Counted from the first letter of the stretch, positions 1 through 13,169 are shown. The stretch is DNA of 64,000 nt from Gracilinanus agilis (GCF_016433145.1 NC_058132.1:660936475-661000474), one strand, 5' to 3'. Translations and numbers: made by a program. Notes: generated by a model not told the origin, from the sequence alone.

Positions 1-245
1 ATATGATATGATATGATATGATATGATATGATATGACATAATACAATGTAATATAACATAATATAATGTAATATAACATAACATAAAATAATATATAATT
101 AATATAACAACATAACAACATATATTATAAATGTAAATAATATATAACATATAATAAGTATTGTAAATATAAATTATATATGGTATACTATATAACATAT
201 AATATAATGTATAATATGTAATATGTATATTATATAATATAACAT
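1..245. repeat. (ATATG)n microsatellite grading into AT-rich low-complexity sequence
   Basis: atatg x7 at 1-35, then degenerate ata/taa/aca repeats. Confidence 0.9.
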
Positions 246-310
246 AATAACTGCTATTAGCACTAGTCCCCCTATTAGTATTAATGTGTACTTCTGTAAC
301 ACCTCTTGGC

Positions 311-459
311 ATCTCACCCTTTTGGTGCCAGACTTGGTGGAGGACATCCTGCCAACTTTAGCTCTACAACAGCTCAGAACCCCCAAACTTAAATGATTCG
401 CCAGCCTCAACCTGCCCCATAGCAGGGATGGTAGCCATGTGCCATTGGCAATCCCCGGT
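311..459 (-). pseudogene. 7SL RNA-derived retrocopy (5' ~145 nt, P7SL-like), diverged
   Basis: ctcacccttttggtgccagacttggtggaggaca...acagctcagaacccccaaacttaaatgattcgccagcctcaacc...ccccggt aligns by eye to the reverse complement of the 7SL 5' half (gtcaccatattgatgccgaacttagtgcggaca...acagcccagaactcctgggctcaagcgatcc...cccggc). Confidence 0.75.
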
Positions 460-784
460 GCTTCAATGCAGAAAAGAGAATAATTCAGCTTTTGGACAAA
501 GGGGATAATAATTAGATGTTACACCAAAAGACAATGACTGCTTCAGAGTTTTAGATTGTGCTGCTCAGATAATGTCCACATTGTTGGAAGGCAAACCATT
601 GGGAAAAAATGCTCTTTTTCTAAATGCTTACTAGCTTTTGAAATGGGATTTGGGTAAATCTTCATATGGTAAAGGACCTGTATGCTCCAAGAGATCAGTG
701 GATTCCAGGATTTCATCAATGGGAATAGCTGCTACTATGAAAAGAGTAACAGTAATGTTGTTCTTGTTCAGTTGGGTGTGACTT

Positions 785-965
785 TGTAACCTATTTGGGG
801 TTTTCTTGACAAAGACTCTGGAGTGGTTTGCCATTTCCTTCTCCAGCTCATTTTACAGATGAAGAACAGGGGCAAATAAGGTTAAGTAATTTACTGTATA
901 GCTCCTCAGTATCTGAGGTCAGATTTGAACTCAGGAAGATGAGTCTTCATCTAGCCACAGCACTG
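785..965 (-). mobile_element. MAR1-type CORE-SINE
   Basis: ggagtggtttgccatttccttctccagctcattttacagatg...tctgaggtcagatttgaactcaggaagatgagtc, the diagnostic MAR1 tail plus CORE. Confidence 0.85.
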
Positions 966-1075
966 TCTGACTTTAACAATAATTATATTACTATTATCAT
1001 TATTATTGACATTAATAATAATAATAGTAATAGCGATCATCACAAAAATAGTAACAGTAATAATAATAAATATTT

Positions 1076-1280
1076 AATGTTTAATAGAGAGCTTTTTAGC
1101 CTATTGAAGGTTTTAAATTTTGTCTTATACTATCTCATTCATCCTCACCACAACGCTGCAAGATAGACACTTTTATTCTCATTTTAGAAAGGAGGAAATG
1201 GAGGCAATCAGAGAGAGGTTAAATGACTTAATTAGGATGACATAGTTAAGTCATCCTGATGCCAGGTCTAACACTAACCA
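1076..1280 (-). mobile_element. MIR fragment
   Basis: ctcattcatcctcaccacaac...ctcattttagaaaggaggaaatggaggc...aggttaaatgactt. Confidence 0.7.
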
Positions 1281-1720
1281 CTGTGACATCTAGCTGCCTC
1301 TACTTGTACCTTTATAAACCAGAAGAACACTAGGTTTAAAGTCAGAGGATTTGAGTTTAAATCTTGTATCTCTCACTTACACCTATGTGGCAAAATGCTA
1401 ATTATTTCACCCTTTCTGGGTCTTATCCCCCTCATATATAAATGAGGAGGGTGAGCTTAGATGAATTCTAAGCTTGCTTTCAGCTCTAAGTTGAGTATCT
1501 CATACAAAGCCAAGCCTTTGTAGGTCCTATTAGGTCCACTTCATTAGATTTTGCAGATATGATGTTTATTGCTCTTGGTCAAGTGGTTGGCAAGCCTTTT
1601 TGAACTTAGTGGGATACCAAGGGGGAAAGTATACAATTCAAGTAGTCTTTAAAACTTTTGTTCAAGGTCTTCCCATCTTTTGAGGTTATATCAAAGTCTG
1701 TACTTGTCTGGAATAATCTT

Positions 1721-1826
1721 TAAGTCACTTAATTCCCATTGCCTAGTCCTTACTGTTTTTCTGCCTTGGAACCAATATACACTGTTGATTCCAAGACAGA
1801 AGGTAAGGGTTTGAAAAAAAGAAAAT
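1721..1826 (+). mobile_element. Opossum SINE (SINE1/2_Mdo-like) 3' half
   Basis: aagtcacttaattcccattgcctagtcctt...tgccttggaaccaata...ttccaagacagaaggtaagggtttgaaaaaaa. Confidence 0.85.
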
Positions 1827-2194
1827 AACTCAGGGTCACTAATCTCCAATGATATTTCGAAGAATTCATTAGGTGCTGAAAGATTCATATAACTGTAAAA
1901 GAAATAAAATTGTCATATTACAGGAAGATATTTACATTAAAATACTGACATTTATTTGAAATACATTGAATACAAAATCGTTTTTCTTCTTTAGTTATAA
2001 TTAGAAAGGAACAACAGAGACTTTAGAGACTTTGTCCAAGTAAGCAGGAATCCCAGTGGGGAGCTTCCATCTCATATAAGCCCAGAAGATTGTGTGTATT
2101 CTGTGTCTCACAAATTTTGCTTGCCTTATGCCAATGGCCTTCCAGACCACAGTTCAATAACCTTCATTGCATTGCCTGGACATAATTGATCATC

Positions 2195-2325
2195 TTGCAC
2201 TAATTAAGTCCTTCCTGGGTGCCAAAAACTGGGCTAAGAACTGGAGAAACAAGGAAAGGCAAAAAAATTGTCTGTGATCTTGAAGAACTTACAGTCTAAT
2301 GGGAGAGAAAGCATGTAAATGAATA
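2195..2325 (-). mobile_element. L2 3' fragment
   Basis: ttaagtccttcctgggtgcc...tcttgaagaacttacagtctaatggga. Confidence 0.6.
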
Positions 2326-3289
2326 GTTATAGTCAAAATGTATATAGAACAGATCAAAGGTGAGCTGTAGGCTTCTAACTTCAGGGTTCTTCTTCTTGGG
2401 CTCACAATCCTATATTGCCATGGCTCTTGCCTATTGCCCTCACCTCTGAATCTTCTTCTAAAGCATAGCACAGTGCCTAGCATATGTTTAATAAATGCTT
2501 AACTTGACTCTCAGAATTTAGAGTAAGTAGATCATTGGCTGCCCTGTGGGAGTAGAGGCGAGATACTCTGGGGGACCAGATAATCTTTCACAAATGCATT
2601 CAACCAGAGTATTTTGTCTCTTCTCTCCTCCACCATCTGAATTTGTCTTAAGCACCAGGACTTTTCATTTCAGCTCTATTTTCTCCATCATGAGCCCAAG
2701 CAAAGTGGTTGAGAAGGCTGTTTGCAAGTCAGCTCATATATAAAATATATAGCACAGGTTCTAAGAATTTTATCTCCCAAATCAGATAAACGACAGAACA
2801 TTGGTGAGAATAGAAACTGGCGGGCATCCACAAAAATTATATTAATAATATTTCCAATATTTTCAAGGTTAGCTAGAAATTATATTTGTCAGAATATTCT
2901 TATTGTTTCCTATATAGAGTATGGATAGAAAAGTAAAGCCATTCTGTAATTTTTTGAACAGTGTGTAATTAGAAAATCTTGAACCCCTGGACTTCATCTC
3001 CCAGAATCCTTTTCCCTTCATGCACATAGTGTCCTTACATAATGTTTATAAGTTTTCTGTAACTCTGCCTCTCGTTCTCTCTTTTCCCACATTTGTGACT
3101 GGGAAAGCAGGCTTTTACTTTTGTCTTTTTACTTTCCTTTACTTCAAGTTATTAACAATAAATCTTATTAAAGATAATACTTGGAGTATTTGGATAGTAA
3201 TTTCAAATCTTACAACAGAGACACATTTTGCTCTCTTCCACTGCAAGAATGTTATTATTCAGGCTGATTCTTGAAAGAAGACTAATAAT

Positions 3290-3580
3290 ATTTTACATAA
3301 AGACCAATGGAAGTATATAAGGAGGGTGTGAACAGACTACAGCCATGAAAAAAATGAAGACTTCTAATGAAGAAGAGGGATAAAGGAATCTAGCAAGGAA
3401 TTTTATGACCCAAAGAGAATATAGGTATGGTAGACAAACAGCCTTCTCTACTGATGCATTCTTGAGAGAAAGTGATGAGGTTCTTCCAGCGTACCATTTG
3501 CACTGCCAAAAGTAAACTCTTGGAAGACCATAGACAATAGTTACATATGTTGAATGTGCATGGATAGGTTGTGTTCTCAA
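3290..3580 (+). mobile_element. RTE LINE 3' fragment, degenerate
   Basis: gaggttcttccagcgtacc...aaactcttggaagacc resembles the RTE ORF C-terminus (RVLQWYPR..KR..GRPP); gcatggataggttgtg resembles the RTE 3' end. Confidence 0.55.
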
Positions 3581-3814
3581 ATATTGTTTAAAAAATGATG
3601 AGATAGAATTTTGGTGCTCATTCTTTTCATAATGTTCTCACAATTTTCCAATATGGTATTTTCAAAATGGAGAAGCATCGCCTTTGGAAGGCACCTGTGT
3701 ATATTTGATTATGCAAGTATTAAGAAGCATAAAAACATCTTAAATGTTTTGGAGGTCATACAATTGTTATTTACTTGTTTGTTTTTTAAACTTTTACCTT
3801 CTGACTTAGAAGTG

Positions 3815-3955
3815 ATACAAGATAGAAAAGCAGTCAAACCTAGGCAACTAGGGTTAAATTTGTCCAGGGTTATAAAACTAGGAATTGTCTGAGGCCAGAT
3901 TTGAGCCCAGGTTCTCCTGACTCTAGGCTTGGCACTCTCCACTTTACAGCCCAGC
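3815..3955 (-). mobile_element. Opossum SINE fragment
   Basis: taggcaactagggttaa...tctgaggccagatttgagcccaggttctcctgactctaggcttggcactct. Confidence 0.7.
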
Positions 3956-4159
3956 AAGGGCAGCAAAATTGCTGATGGCTCAAGTCAGATTTAGGACAGC
4001 AGGCAAACATGAATTAGAGTTCTATGCTCCTTTGTTAAATTACCTAGATAATTTGTTTGGAAGACACTTTTGAGTCATTACCAATTATTCTGGATAAATT
4101 TAAGTGAAGAAAATTGACCTCAGTGTGATATTCTGGAAAAAGCAAGTGATATTTTCTAA

Positions 4160-4600
4160 GGCCACCATCTAATTTAGTTAATCAAACATATTTTTTAGCA
4201 AATTTTGTGCCTTAAATCCTATCTTCATGAAAATTTGCTAATGAAATGGGACAAGGAGTAACTTCTTGCACATTTGAAATGGTTGAATATACTGATAAAT
4301 TTCTGATGAGAGAACTTTAGTATTCCAAATAAAATATGTGAATTTGTTCTCCTACTATGAGAATGAATGTGTTTTTGCATGACTAATAATTTAACAGAAC
4401 TGGAAAGTCATCACAGCCTATTGAAACAATAAAATGTCTCTTGATAATCCCAATTATATGCTCTCAAGATACTTGCAAATGATTAAAAAATTAAGAATAA
4501 ATAACTATTAAAATGAGTTCTTCACACTTGTGTGAGTGGAAATGTGCAATGAAATTAACATAAATAAAAACTAGCAACCCAAATACTTTAATAACTAAGG
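4160..4600 (+). mobile_element. Putative hAT-Charlie transposase fossil
   Basis: Frameshifted translation gives ALNPIFMKIC/NEMG, LLAHLKWLN and DNPNYMLSRYLQMIKKL, in the order of the Charlie motifs ALNSRLF..LCEEMG, LLLHTEVRWLS and F.D..WL..LAYLADIF.KL. Confidence 0.45.
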
Positions 4601-4904
4601 TAGACTTTGATTGATTTGAAAATTTAGTTTCATTTAATTTTATCATTCTCAATAAGACATTATGTTAGAGATATAATTAAATGTGATTTCATTTGATACA
4701 TTCATGTATCTTGCAAATTTAGGGAAAATATCCTATGTTATGCTATATGTTCCAATTCTTTTGGTGTGGAAGTATGTTTGCTTTAAGTATAGGCAATCTT
4801 CAAGCACAGGGTTGGAGTAAATGAATTGCTTATTCCAGCCAAACACATTATTAAGAAGGAGCACAGAACTGGTGATTCCAGTAACCTACCATTTTGCCCA
4901 CGTC

Positions 4905-5180
4905 ACAGAATATCAGAGTTTTAAGGGACCTTAGTAACTATCTAGTCCAACAAGGAATCTCATTAATGATCATCATCCTGCTATCTCTTAATGACTTGTA
5001 AAGATGGGAAACTCATCACCTTTCAAGAGAGCCCATTCTACTTTTGGAGAATTCTGTTTGTTGATGAAGTTACCTCCTCATTAATATAGACACAACATTT
5101 GCCAGCTTACAATTTCCAGCCATCATCCTTGGTCCTTCCCACTGGGGGCAAACAGAATCTAAACAATCATGTTTCCTTTA
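4905..5180 (-). mobile_element. L3/CR1 3' fragment
   Basis: cacagaatatcagagttttaagggacc...tctagtccaac...gggaaactcatcacctttcaagagagcccattc. Confidence 0.7.
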
Positions 5181-6039
5181 TTAATTATTATTTAAATGTG
5201 TCAAGATTTCTAAAAGACATTTCATATTTTTGGCAATTTATTTCTTTATTCTCTAGTACAGTTTTTTATTCTCTAGTACAGTTTTTTAAAATAAAGGTAT
5301 TATGTGATGCTGAGAATTTTCTTTCATATTATTCTTCAGATGCTGCCAATATTTTTCAGATATAACATCCCCTGAACCTCCAAGTCTATTTAGTTATGTA
5401 CAAGTGTAGAGTAGTTTCCTTGTTTATTTATCTCTCTTGACAATACCAACTTACATTATTTATCTCTCTGAAACAATGATTATAATTCCTGAATTTTTTT
5501 TGTAATTCCTTGAGGCATAGTAAAATGTGTTCCACTCCCTCATTTTCAAAATGTATGTGTCACACATTCTGAGGGAGAGAGAGGAGGCAGCATGTATCAG
5601 GCAAATCAAACTTCCACCACCAGCTTGATTGCCATCTCTCCTAAGACCCTGATGGAAGCAGATCAGGACTCTAACCTAGGGAGCTGTTAGAATAGGAGTG
5701 GACTGCCCATCCTCAGTGCCTCCATTGCATGAAGAGATTATTGAGTGGTGGGGAGGAAGTACCCTCCTTAACACCACCAGCAATAGCTAATATTCAGCTC
5801 ACTAGCAGATAGATGAGCCCTGGAGCCCCTGGCATTATCGAATAGTTCAGTACCAGAATCCAATGTGATTTTTATTGGTGTAATTGATATTAAAGAAGAG
5901 GGAAGACAACTTGTTTTACTACTGTTCCATAAGAAGTATGGAACTTTTCCATCTGACTTGCTGCTGAAACTTTCCAGTTGTATCTTCTTTCTTATCAGAA
6001 TGAGAACTTTTTTGAAAGAAAAAAACTTGTCATATTTGT

Positions 6040-6540
6040 AACATCATAATGCAAATTGTAAGTACTTAATTACTTCTTTCTTTCATTACTTTGCAATTTA
6101 AACCCACTTCTGGCATTCAAAAACTTATTTGGCTTTATTTCATTACTAATTCTGCCATTCTACCTCATTCTCTTTTAATTGGGAGAGTTTAACCCATTTA
6201 TATTTTAAAATTCAATAGTAAAATTTGTGTTCTTTTTCATTTTTGCATTTTTCCTTTGCTTCTTATTTTAAGTTATCATTTGGGATCCTTTTTGATTTCC
6301 CCTACTTATTTTTAGTCTTCTCCCACAAATTCTCCTTTCTCCTTTACTTTATTCTGCCTTTGCCAAAGTTCCACAAGTTTACTTTTATTAACTTTTTTCC
6401 CTTTATCCTTTTCTTCCAGAGCCCAAATAAGTGTTTCCTTCAGAATTCTCTCAACTCCAGCTCACTTGTATGCATACATTTTGATAACATTTATTTGTGT
6501 CATTCCTTTCTAAAAAGTGTTAATTAATTTCATTCTCTCC
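6040..6540 (-). mobile_element. L1 fragment (ORF2 endonuclease N-terminus and inter-ORF region)
   Basis: Minus strand aatataaatgggttaaactctcccaattaaaag encodes NINGLNSPI(KR), the start of L1 ORF2. Confidence 0.7.
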
Positions 6541-6659
6541 TCATGCCTTTTCCTTTTAAGCAGTGCTGGAATTGAATATTTCCTTCATAGGCTTTACACT
6601 TCTACATTCTTTTTCTTTTACTGATTCAATGCTTTTCATATAAAATGTGACTTTAAGAA

Positions 6660-7620
6660 ATTAAAACACCTTACCTACTCCAAATGGCAAAGATGATAAA
6701 AGACTGAAAAATCTAATGTTGCCAAGACAGCTAGAAAACAGTCTACACATATTGGAACATAATATGGCATTTTCCAAGAATAATTACAAAGTCGGTTGTA
6801 CCCTTTGGCCAAAGCATCCTACTACTCAGTTTATAAATCAAGGAACAAGAAAAAAATCCATCAGTTCAAATATATTCGTAACAAAACATTTGTATTAGAA
6901 AAATTAGAAACGATGCCATAAGAAATGACAAACAAGATGCTAAAAAAATGGAAAGACTTAAATGAAGTGATACAAAGTGAAGCGAGCAGAACCAGGTTGT
7001 ATAGTTATAGCAATATTTCATGGTGATCAACTGTGAATGACTTAACTATTATCAACAAGGTAGAGATTTAGGAAAATTCCAAGATACTCAAGACAAAAAT
7101 AGGATATTTACCACCTTTCAAGGAACAGAGTAAGTTGAAATATGTCATTCATGGGGGCAGCTGGGTACCTCAGTGGATTGAGAACCATGCCTAGAGATGA
7201 GAGGTCCTAGGTTCAAATCTGGCTTCCGACACTTCCCAGCTGTGTGACCCTGGACAAGTCACTTCACCCCCATTGCCTACCATTACCACTCTTCTGCCTT
7301 AGAGCCAATACACAGTATTGAGTCCAAGAAGGAAGGTAAAAAGGTTAAAAAAATAATTTTAAAAAAAGAAATATGTCATTCTTTCCTTTATTTCCTCCAT
7401 GAATTTTTCTCTAGTGAAAACAATACATGTCTTCTTTTACATGACAAACATGGAAATATGTGTTATGTAATAATATATGTACAACCTATGTCATACTACC
7501 TGCCTTCTTGGGGTGGGTAGGAGTGGAAAGGAGAGAAAAAAAGAACATAGATTGCATAATAGAAAATGAATATTGACATTTAATCTGGAAAAAATAAAAA
7601 TTTATTCTTTTTTTAAAAGA
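6660..7620 (+). mobile_element. Marsupial L1 3' end (ORF2 C-terminus and 3'UTR), interrupted by a SINE
   Basis: gtaccctttggccaaagcatcctactact, aagtgaagcgagcagaaccagg, 3'UTR and A-rich tail. Confidence 0.8.
7151..7367 (+). mobile_element. Full-length SINE1_Mdo-like CORE-SINE with 14-bp TSD
   Basis: gggggcagctgggtacctcagtggattgag...B-box ggttcaaatct...A tail; TSD gaaatatgtcattc at 7137-7150 and 7368-7381. Confidence 0.93.
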
Positions 7621-8099
7621 AAAGAACACGAAACAAACTGTTTTGCTGATGACTGGGAGATGGCAGAAAGAAATGTTTGTGCTGAAGTGTAATGGAATAT
7701 TAAGACACCATAAGGAATAATGCATGAGACTTCCCAGATATATGGATGACTAATAGAAAGTGATATTTTGAGAATCAGATCTCCTGACAGAAAAATAATC
7801 ACAAAATAAAAGCAGTAAACAACATATTTGATGATTATATGTATGCAAATGAAGTTATTTAATGACATCAATTTGTAGGTCAAATGCAACAGAAAGTATC
7901 AGTACTAATGATCAATAATGTATAATTAATAATTCTTTTAATAAAGAATAACCTTCAAAAGGGTAAGATTTCATATATTCTTAATCTTAATCTCTAATTT
8001 TCATAGTTGGTATAGGTTTTTCTGGGATAGTGTAGGAGGGGGTCGATTACGGGAAATTATTTTCTGGATCAGCTACCAAATCTTTCCCTTTCTCTTTTT

Positions 8100-8600
8100 A
8101 AAATATCTCTTATATATTACCTTTCATGTACTCACAAGCCTGGATTATTGCATTAGCCTGCTGATTGGTCTCTGCCTCAAATGAGTTCCTACTCCAATCC
8201 ACCATTCACATGGCTGCCAATGGACTTTTCTTTAAATCCAGGTTTGCCTTTTATGTCTCTCCTCTCAAGTCCAGCGGCTCCCTATTGTCTCTTAGATAAA
8301 ATGTGAACTTCTCTTTTGAACTTCTGAAGTCCTTCACAGTCTGGCCCTAACATCTTCCTGGTCTGATTGTACATTAATCATCCTCTTGCACTCTGTAATC
8401 TAGCCAAATTGGCATTCTCTCTGATCTTGCCATGTGGCATGCAAGCTTCTCTTTTCAAGCTTTCATACTGCCTCTCCCCCATGTCTGTGCTTCTGATATC
8501 TCTACACAGGCTACCGGACTCCAGCACATTATACTTTAAAATTTACATGATTTTTATCCTCATAACGGTTGTCTATTTCTAGTATGGATACTTCCTTATC
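8100..8600 (+). mobile_element. L2 fragment
   Basis: cctggattattgcattagcctgctgattggtctc...ctccaatccaccattcacatggctgcc. Confidence 0.7.
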
Positions 8601-10744
8601 AATATTAATAGTTTCAAGGCAACCATAACATCTAGTCAAGAATTCACTGTGTTGATCTATAATGTCAATATATATAGCCAGCACCAAAAATGACCCCCAA
8701 ACAATTCACAAACCTACTAAACAATTTAGCCAGTTTAACTATAATTAATAAGCATTAATATTTATGGGCTCTCTAGTAGGGATGGGCCAGCACAGTGGAT
8801 ATTTACTAGATAGACCAAGTTTTTTCTTAACAGCCAGGGCTAACAGAAAACCAAAAATGTATGTATTTTCAGTCAGAGAAAAGCCAAATATTTCTTCTTT
8901 TCCTCTTGAATTCCTTCTTGGAGTAGTGGGAGAAGGAGAGAGAAAAGGAGAAGAAAGAGAAAATGCTTCTGTATGGGCTTCCAATTAATTCTAGAGTTAT
9001 TTGTTAAGAGATCATTACCTTTTGTCCTTTCCCATAGTCCCATAGCGAATACTTATTCAGCAAACAATAAAAAAATAGTCCACCTTTATCTGAAGACACT
9101 TTCCATTTTAGAAATAGGAGAAATGGACAAGTTTTAATGGCAGGTAATGCCAGTTCACTGGCATAAAAGCATGGAGGCAGAAAAGGAAGCAGAGGGGGGA
9201 TACATTTACTCAGTCCCAATGAGGCAGCAAATTTTGCCCAGGCAGGCCATTCCTTAAGTTATTTCAGTGAACCAAGGAAGGTTTTAGCTGGTTTTGATTG
9301 TATTTAGTTTGAGGTAGCAATGTCTTTCCCTTTCAATGATCTGGTCATTGGATCTGGCAGCACTAGTGTACACATTCCTGGTCCTCCATCTTCTCTGAGG
9401 GGCTCAAAAACTCCCTTGTTTTCCTTCCTCTGTGGCTTCTGTCTCCTATGATATTTCAATTCCTCTTTCTAAATTAAAAAAATAACTTCCCATTGGTCCC
9501 CTTGCTATTAAGGGAGATACACGTGAAATGCCCTCCTTCTGTACTTCCACCTCACAGAATGCCCTTCTTCCTTCAAGAAAAACTCAGGATCATCTTGTAC
9601 ATGAAAATGTCCATAATCCATGCAATTGTTTATTTCATTTCTTCCAAACCTTTTATTTAAATAATTTTAACATGTATATTAAATATTAATATACTCTAAT
9701 AAAAAGATAACATTAAATAAATTTAAATAATTTATTTAAATAATCTGACTCAAATTGTGTTTATTCTCTTTATGTTCATTCTACACAAACCTATTTTTGA
9801 ACCTCAGCACTATCATCTCCATTACTAAAGTCTTTGTCATTATGTCTATCAACACCATCTCCAGTACCTTCCCATACTTGTCATCATCATTAATTCTGCC
9901 ATCACTACTATTAGCATATCCAGCAGAGATCACTTTTGCTTTCCAGCTACCTGTTGTCTTTTTATGACTTGCTCTCCTACTAGTCTCCTTGCTACCTGCA
10001 ACATATCTAAATTTACCCAACATAAATTTGGGAAACAAACAAGGAGAGATAGTTAAAAGTAAATGAAAAGAAAAAAAGATGGCTGGAAAATTTTTTAAAA
10101 GCTCTCAATATTTTCTTATGACCAATTAAAAAAATAGGACAAATTTAATCACTGTAAATGTAAATGTAGTCATAAAACTATTAGTTGCTTAGATTCTTCC
10201 TCTTGCAATTAATAGTTGTGTGTTCCCCTAGGTTACCCTTGTGCTTTTTTTTTGGTGTTTTTGAGAATGTAAAGTCATGAAATGAGAGCCACCTACAAGA
10301 TTTTTCAAAGGCTCATTTACTGCAATAAATTCTAGTTGAGATCAATTTCACGTTACATCACATTAAGATTTTGAGTGGATTGTTAATTGCACCAGTAAGA
10401 GGCTAACTGATTGGTAGTTTTATGGATATGTTTGCCAGTAATCAAGTTTTATTTTCCTGATTGGGGGTAATAAAGAACTAACAGAGTTCCTTCAACCAAG
10501 AGTGTGGAGGACTCATTTAAGGGCCGTGTCTATTTAGAAACAAAGCCATTACCCAGAGCATACATCATTTCTGTTGTATCTAAGCCTCAAAAAGTTCAGT
10601 GGAAACGTGGAAATGATTGGGTAAATTCCAACATATATTGCCTCAACAGAAAAGCATTGAGATCCAAAGTTAGGATATGGTCGTTCTGAAATCAGTCCCA
10701 GAATGGTAAAATGTGGTTGTTTCATAGGATCCTAAGAGCATAGG

Positions 10745-10880
10745 CTAAATACTAGAATGGAACTCAGGGAAACTAATCTAAACTCTTTATTTTATAGATT
10801 TTATAGATGAGGCATCTAAGACACAGAAGTTAAATGACTTGCCCATGGGGTAGTCAATGGACAAACCAGGATTTGATTGT
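10745..10880 (-). mobile_element. MIR fragment
   Basis: ttttatagatgaggcatctaagacacagaagttaaatgacttgccca. Confidence 0.7.
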
Positions 10881-10929
10881 AAGCCAGGACTCTTTCCATC
10901 ATGTTGGTCCCCAGGATGCTTCATAATAT

Positions 10930-11278
10930 TCTTTCTTTCTTCCTTTCTTCCTTCCTTCCTTCCTTCCTTCCTTCCTTCCTTCCTTCCTTCCTTCCTTCCT
11001 TCCTTCCTTCCTTCCTTNNNNNNNNNNNNNNNNNNNNNNNNNNNNNNNNNNNNNNNNNNNNNNNNNNNNNNNNNNNNNNNNNNNNNNNNNNNNNNNNNNN
11101 NNNNNNNNNNNNNNNNNNNNNNNNNNNNNNNNNNNNNNNNNNNNNNNNNNNNNNNNNNNNNNNNNNNNNNNNNNNNNNNNNNNNNNNNNNNNNNNNNNNN
11201 NNNNNNNNNNNNNNNNNNNNNNNNNNNNNNNNNNNNNNNNNNNNNNNNNNNNNNNNNNNNNNNNNNNNNNNNNNNNNN

Positions 11279-11361
<83 letters not shown>

Positions 11362-11362
11362 T
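10930..11362. repeat. Compound (CTTC)n/(CTTT)n microsatellite spanning assembly gap 11018-11278
   Basis: Perfect tetramer runs either side of 261 N. Confidence 0.95.
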
Positions 11363-13169
11363 TGCGTTTGTCCTTCTTTGGTTCTTACTCAATTGCTATT
11401 CCTTTCCATGTTTCTCTCTTTCCCTGTCACTCTCTGTCCACCTTTTCTGTCTGTCTGTATCTGACATGTGCTTTTTTTTCCTCTTTCTTTCTCTTATCCT
11501 TTCCATTTTTCTCTTTTCTTTTCTTAATTTAACATTTAACTCTAGAGACTTATTTGCATGATGCATCCATTTTTTCTTTTTATTATTACTTTCACTTTAG
11601 ATCCCTGACATTGCCAAGTTTGGAGTTCCTATTCTTCAAGCCCTTCAACATCTACCACTCTAAGCCAACATTGAAATCATTTAAGCATAATCAATCAACA
11701 CAACAGCCACTCTAAAAATATAACGAACATTCTAAACTTGTAATATTGCTTCCCAGTCTTTTCTTTTGAAAGGAAGGAAATGATTCCTTCACTCTTCTAG
11801 ACAGAGATTGTTCAGAATTTAGCTACCTTTAAGGATTGCCTTCATGATCTAGTTGTAGTTGATACAAACATTTTACCAGTGTTGCTATGTGGCAGTCAGA
11901 ACTGGTGCCTCCAAAGAGATAGAGATGAGCATAATGTAGAGGACAATAGAAAGATATTAGGAGGAGAGAGCTCATTGGATTGCCTGGATGTGGTGAACTT
12001 TTGGGAAGAGCCACAGAAGACGGGTAGGTATGAGATAGACTTCCAAAATGTTGAAATCATAAACACATTTGATTATTAGACTGAGTCATTGCATTTATCA
12101 CTCCTCTGGTCCTGCTTATTCTAACTAATATTCACTTTTTTTCAAAATGATGCCACAAATATTTTAAATTAGAAATTTGGATTGGGAATATGAACAATTT
12201 AAGGCACTGAAGTGGTACTTTATTATGGCTCATAATGAAAATAAATTTGATTAACAAGAGTACACATAGCTATAAAACTTTCTATTGCTTAATCTCTTAC
12301 TCCTGCAATTAATAGTTCTTTCAAAACATGAATATGCTTTGGAGCAATATTGTTCCTCATCAGAATTGTGTTTTCAGATCAGCTTTTGAAAAATCATGTT
12401 TGAAATGTCTGACTAGAAAACTTTAGTGACATTGTCAAGATCTGAGTTGTTGATTTGTATAACAGGATTCATTAACTTGAGGGTATTTGGGAGGGCGCTC
12501 ATATGTAAAATGAGCATGATAGACCGAAAAGATCTTTAGATTTTGGATTGAAAGGCTTGTGTCTGAACCCTCTGCCCCTGGTTTATCATCTACATGACCT
12601 TGGGCAGTTATTTTCAAGAAAGATAGGGTTGAACTCACTGACCTCTCGAGTCTCTTCCAGCTCTAAGGCAATGAAACCCTTTTGATACCTAAAGGAATTT
12701 CCCACCAGATTTGAATGTCAGAAAGATGAAATCAGGGCATTTCTGCTGCCAGAGATATTCAATACTTTTTTCCTGCTAAAATGGTCCATCGACTCATTTT
12801 TTGCATAGACACTAAAGCCCAGCTATATATTTTGCCTTTAAGGATTCAGTAACAACAGAATGAGAGGATTTAGGTGTATAGCCCTTGGGAACAGGGACAC
12901 TACAAGCCTTTTGACTGTGTATGATGTCCTAGTAGACTGTGGTAATTCAGGGGATGTGAGATGACCCGATAAATCAAGGTGGCCAGATTGGAGTAGAAGG
13001 ACTGGATGCTGAAGAATTACACTAAAGGTATATTTGTTTCCAAATGGAGGTAATATAAATCATGAATGTAAGCCGATATTGGATTGTCTGGTAATATGCT
13101 TGGGTGCCACATGAAAATAGCAGCTTTTGAATTAGGCACACATCATGGCAACATTTCAAGCATATTTGT

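Noticed and set aside
10787-11561. Long ORFs of 187-234 aa
   Set aside because: They are translations of (CTTC)n/(CTTT)n and an N-gap.
12760-13140. Possible L3/CR1 RT fragment (K.FD.V.DVLVD-like)
   Set aside because: Too degenerate to call from inspection alone.
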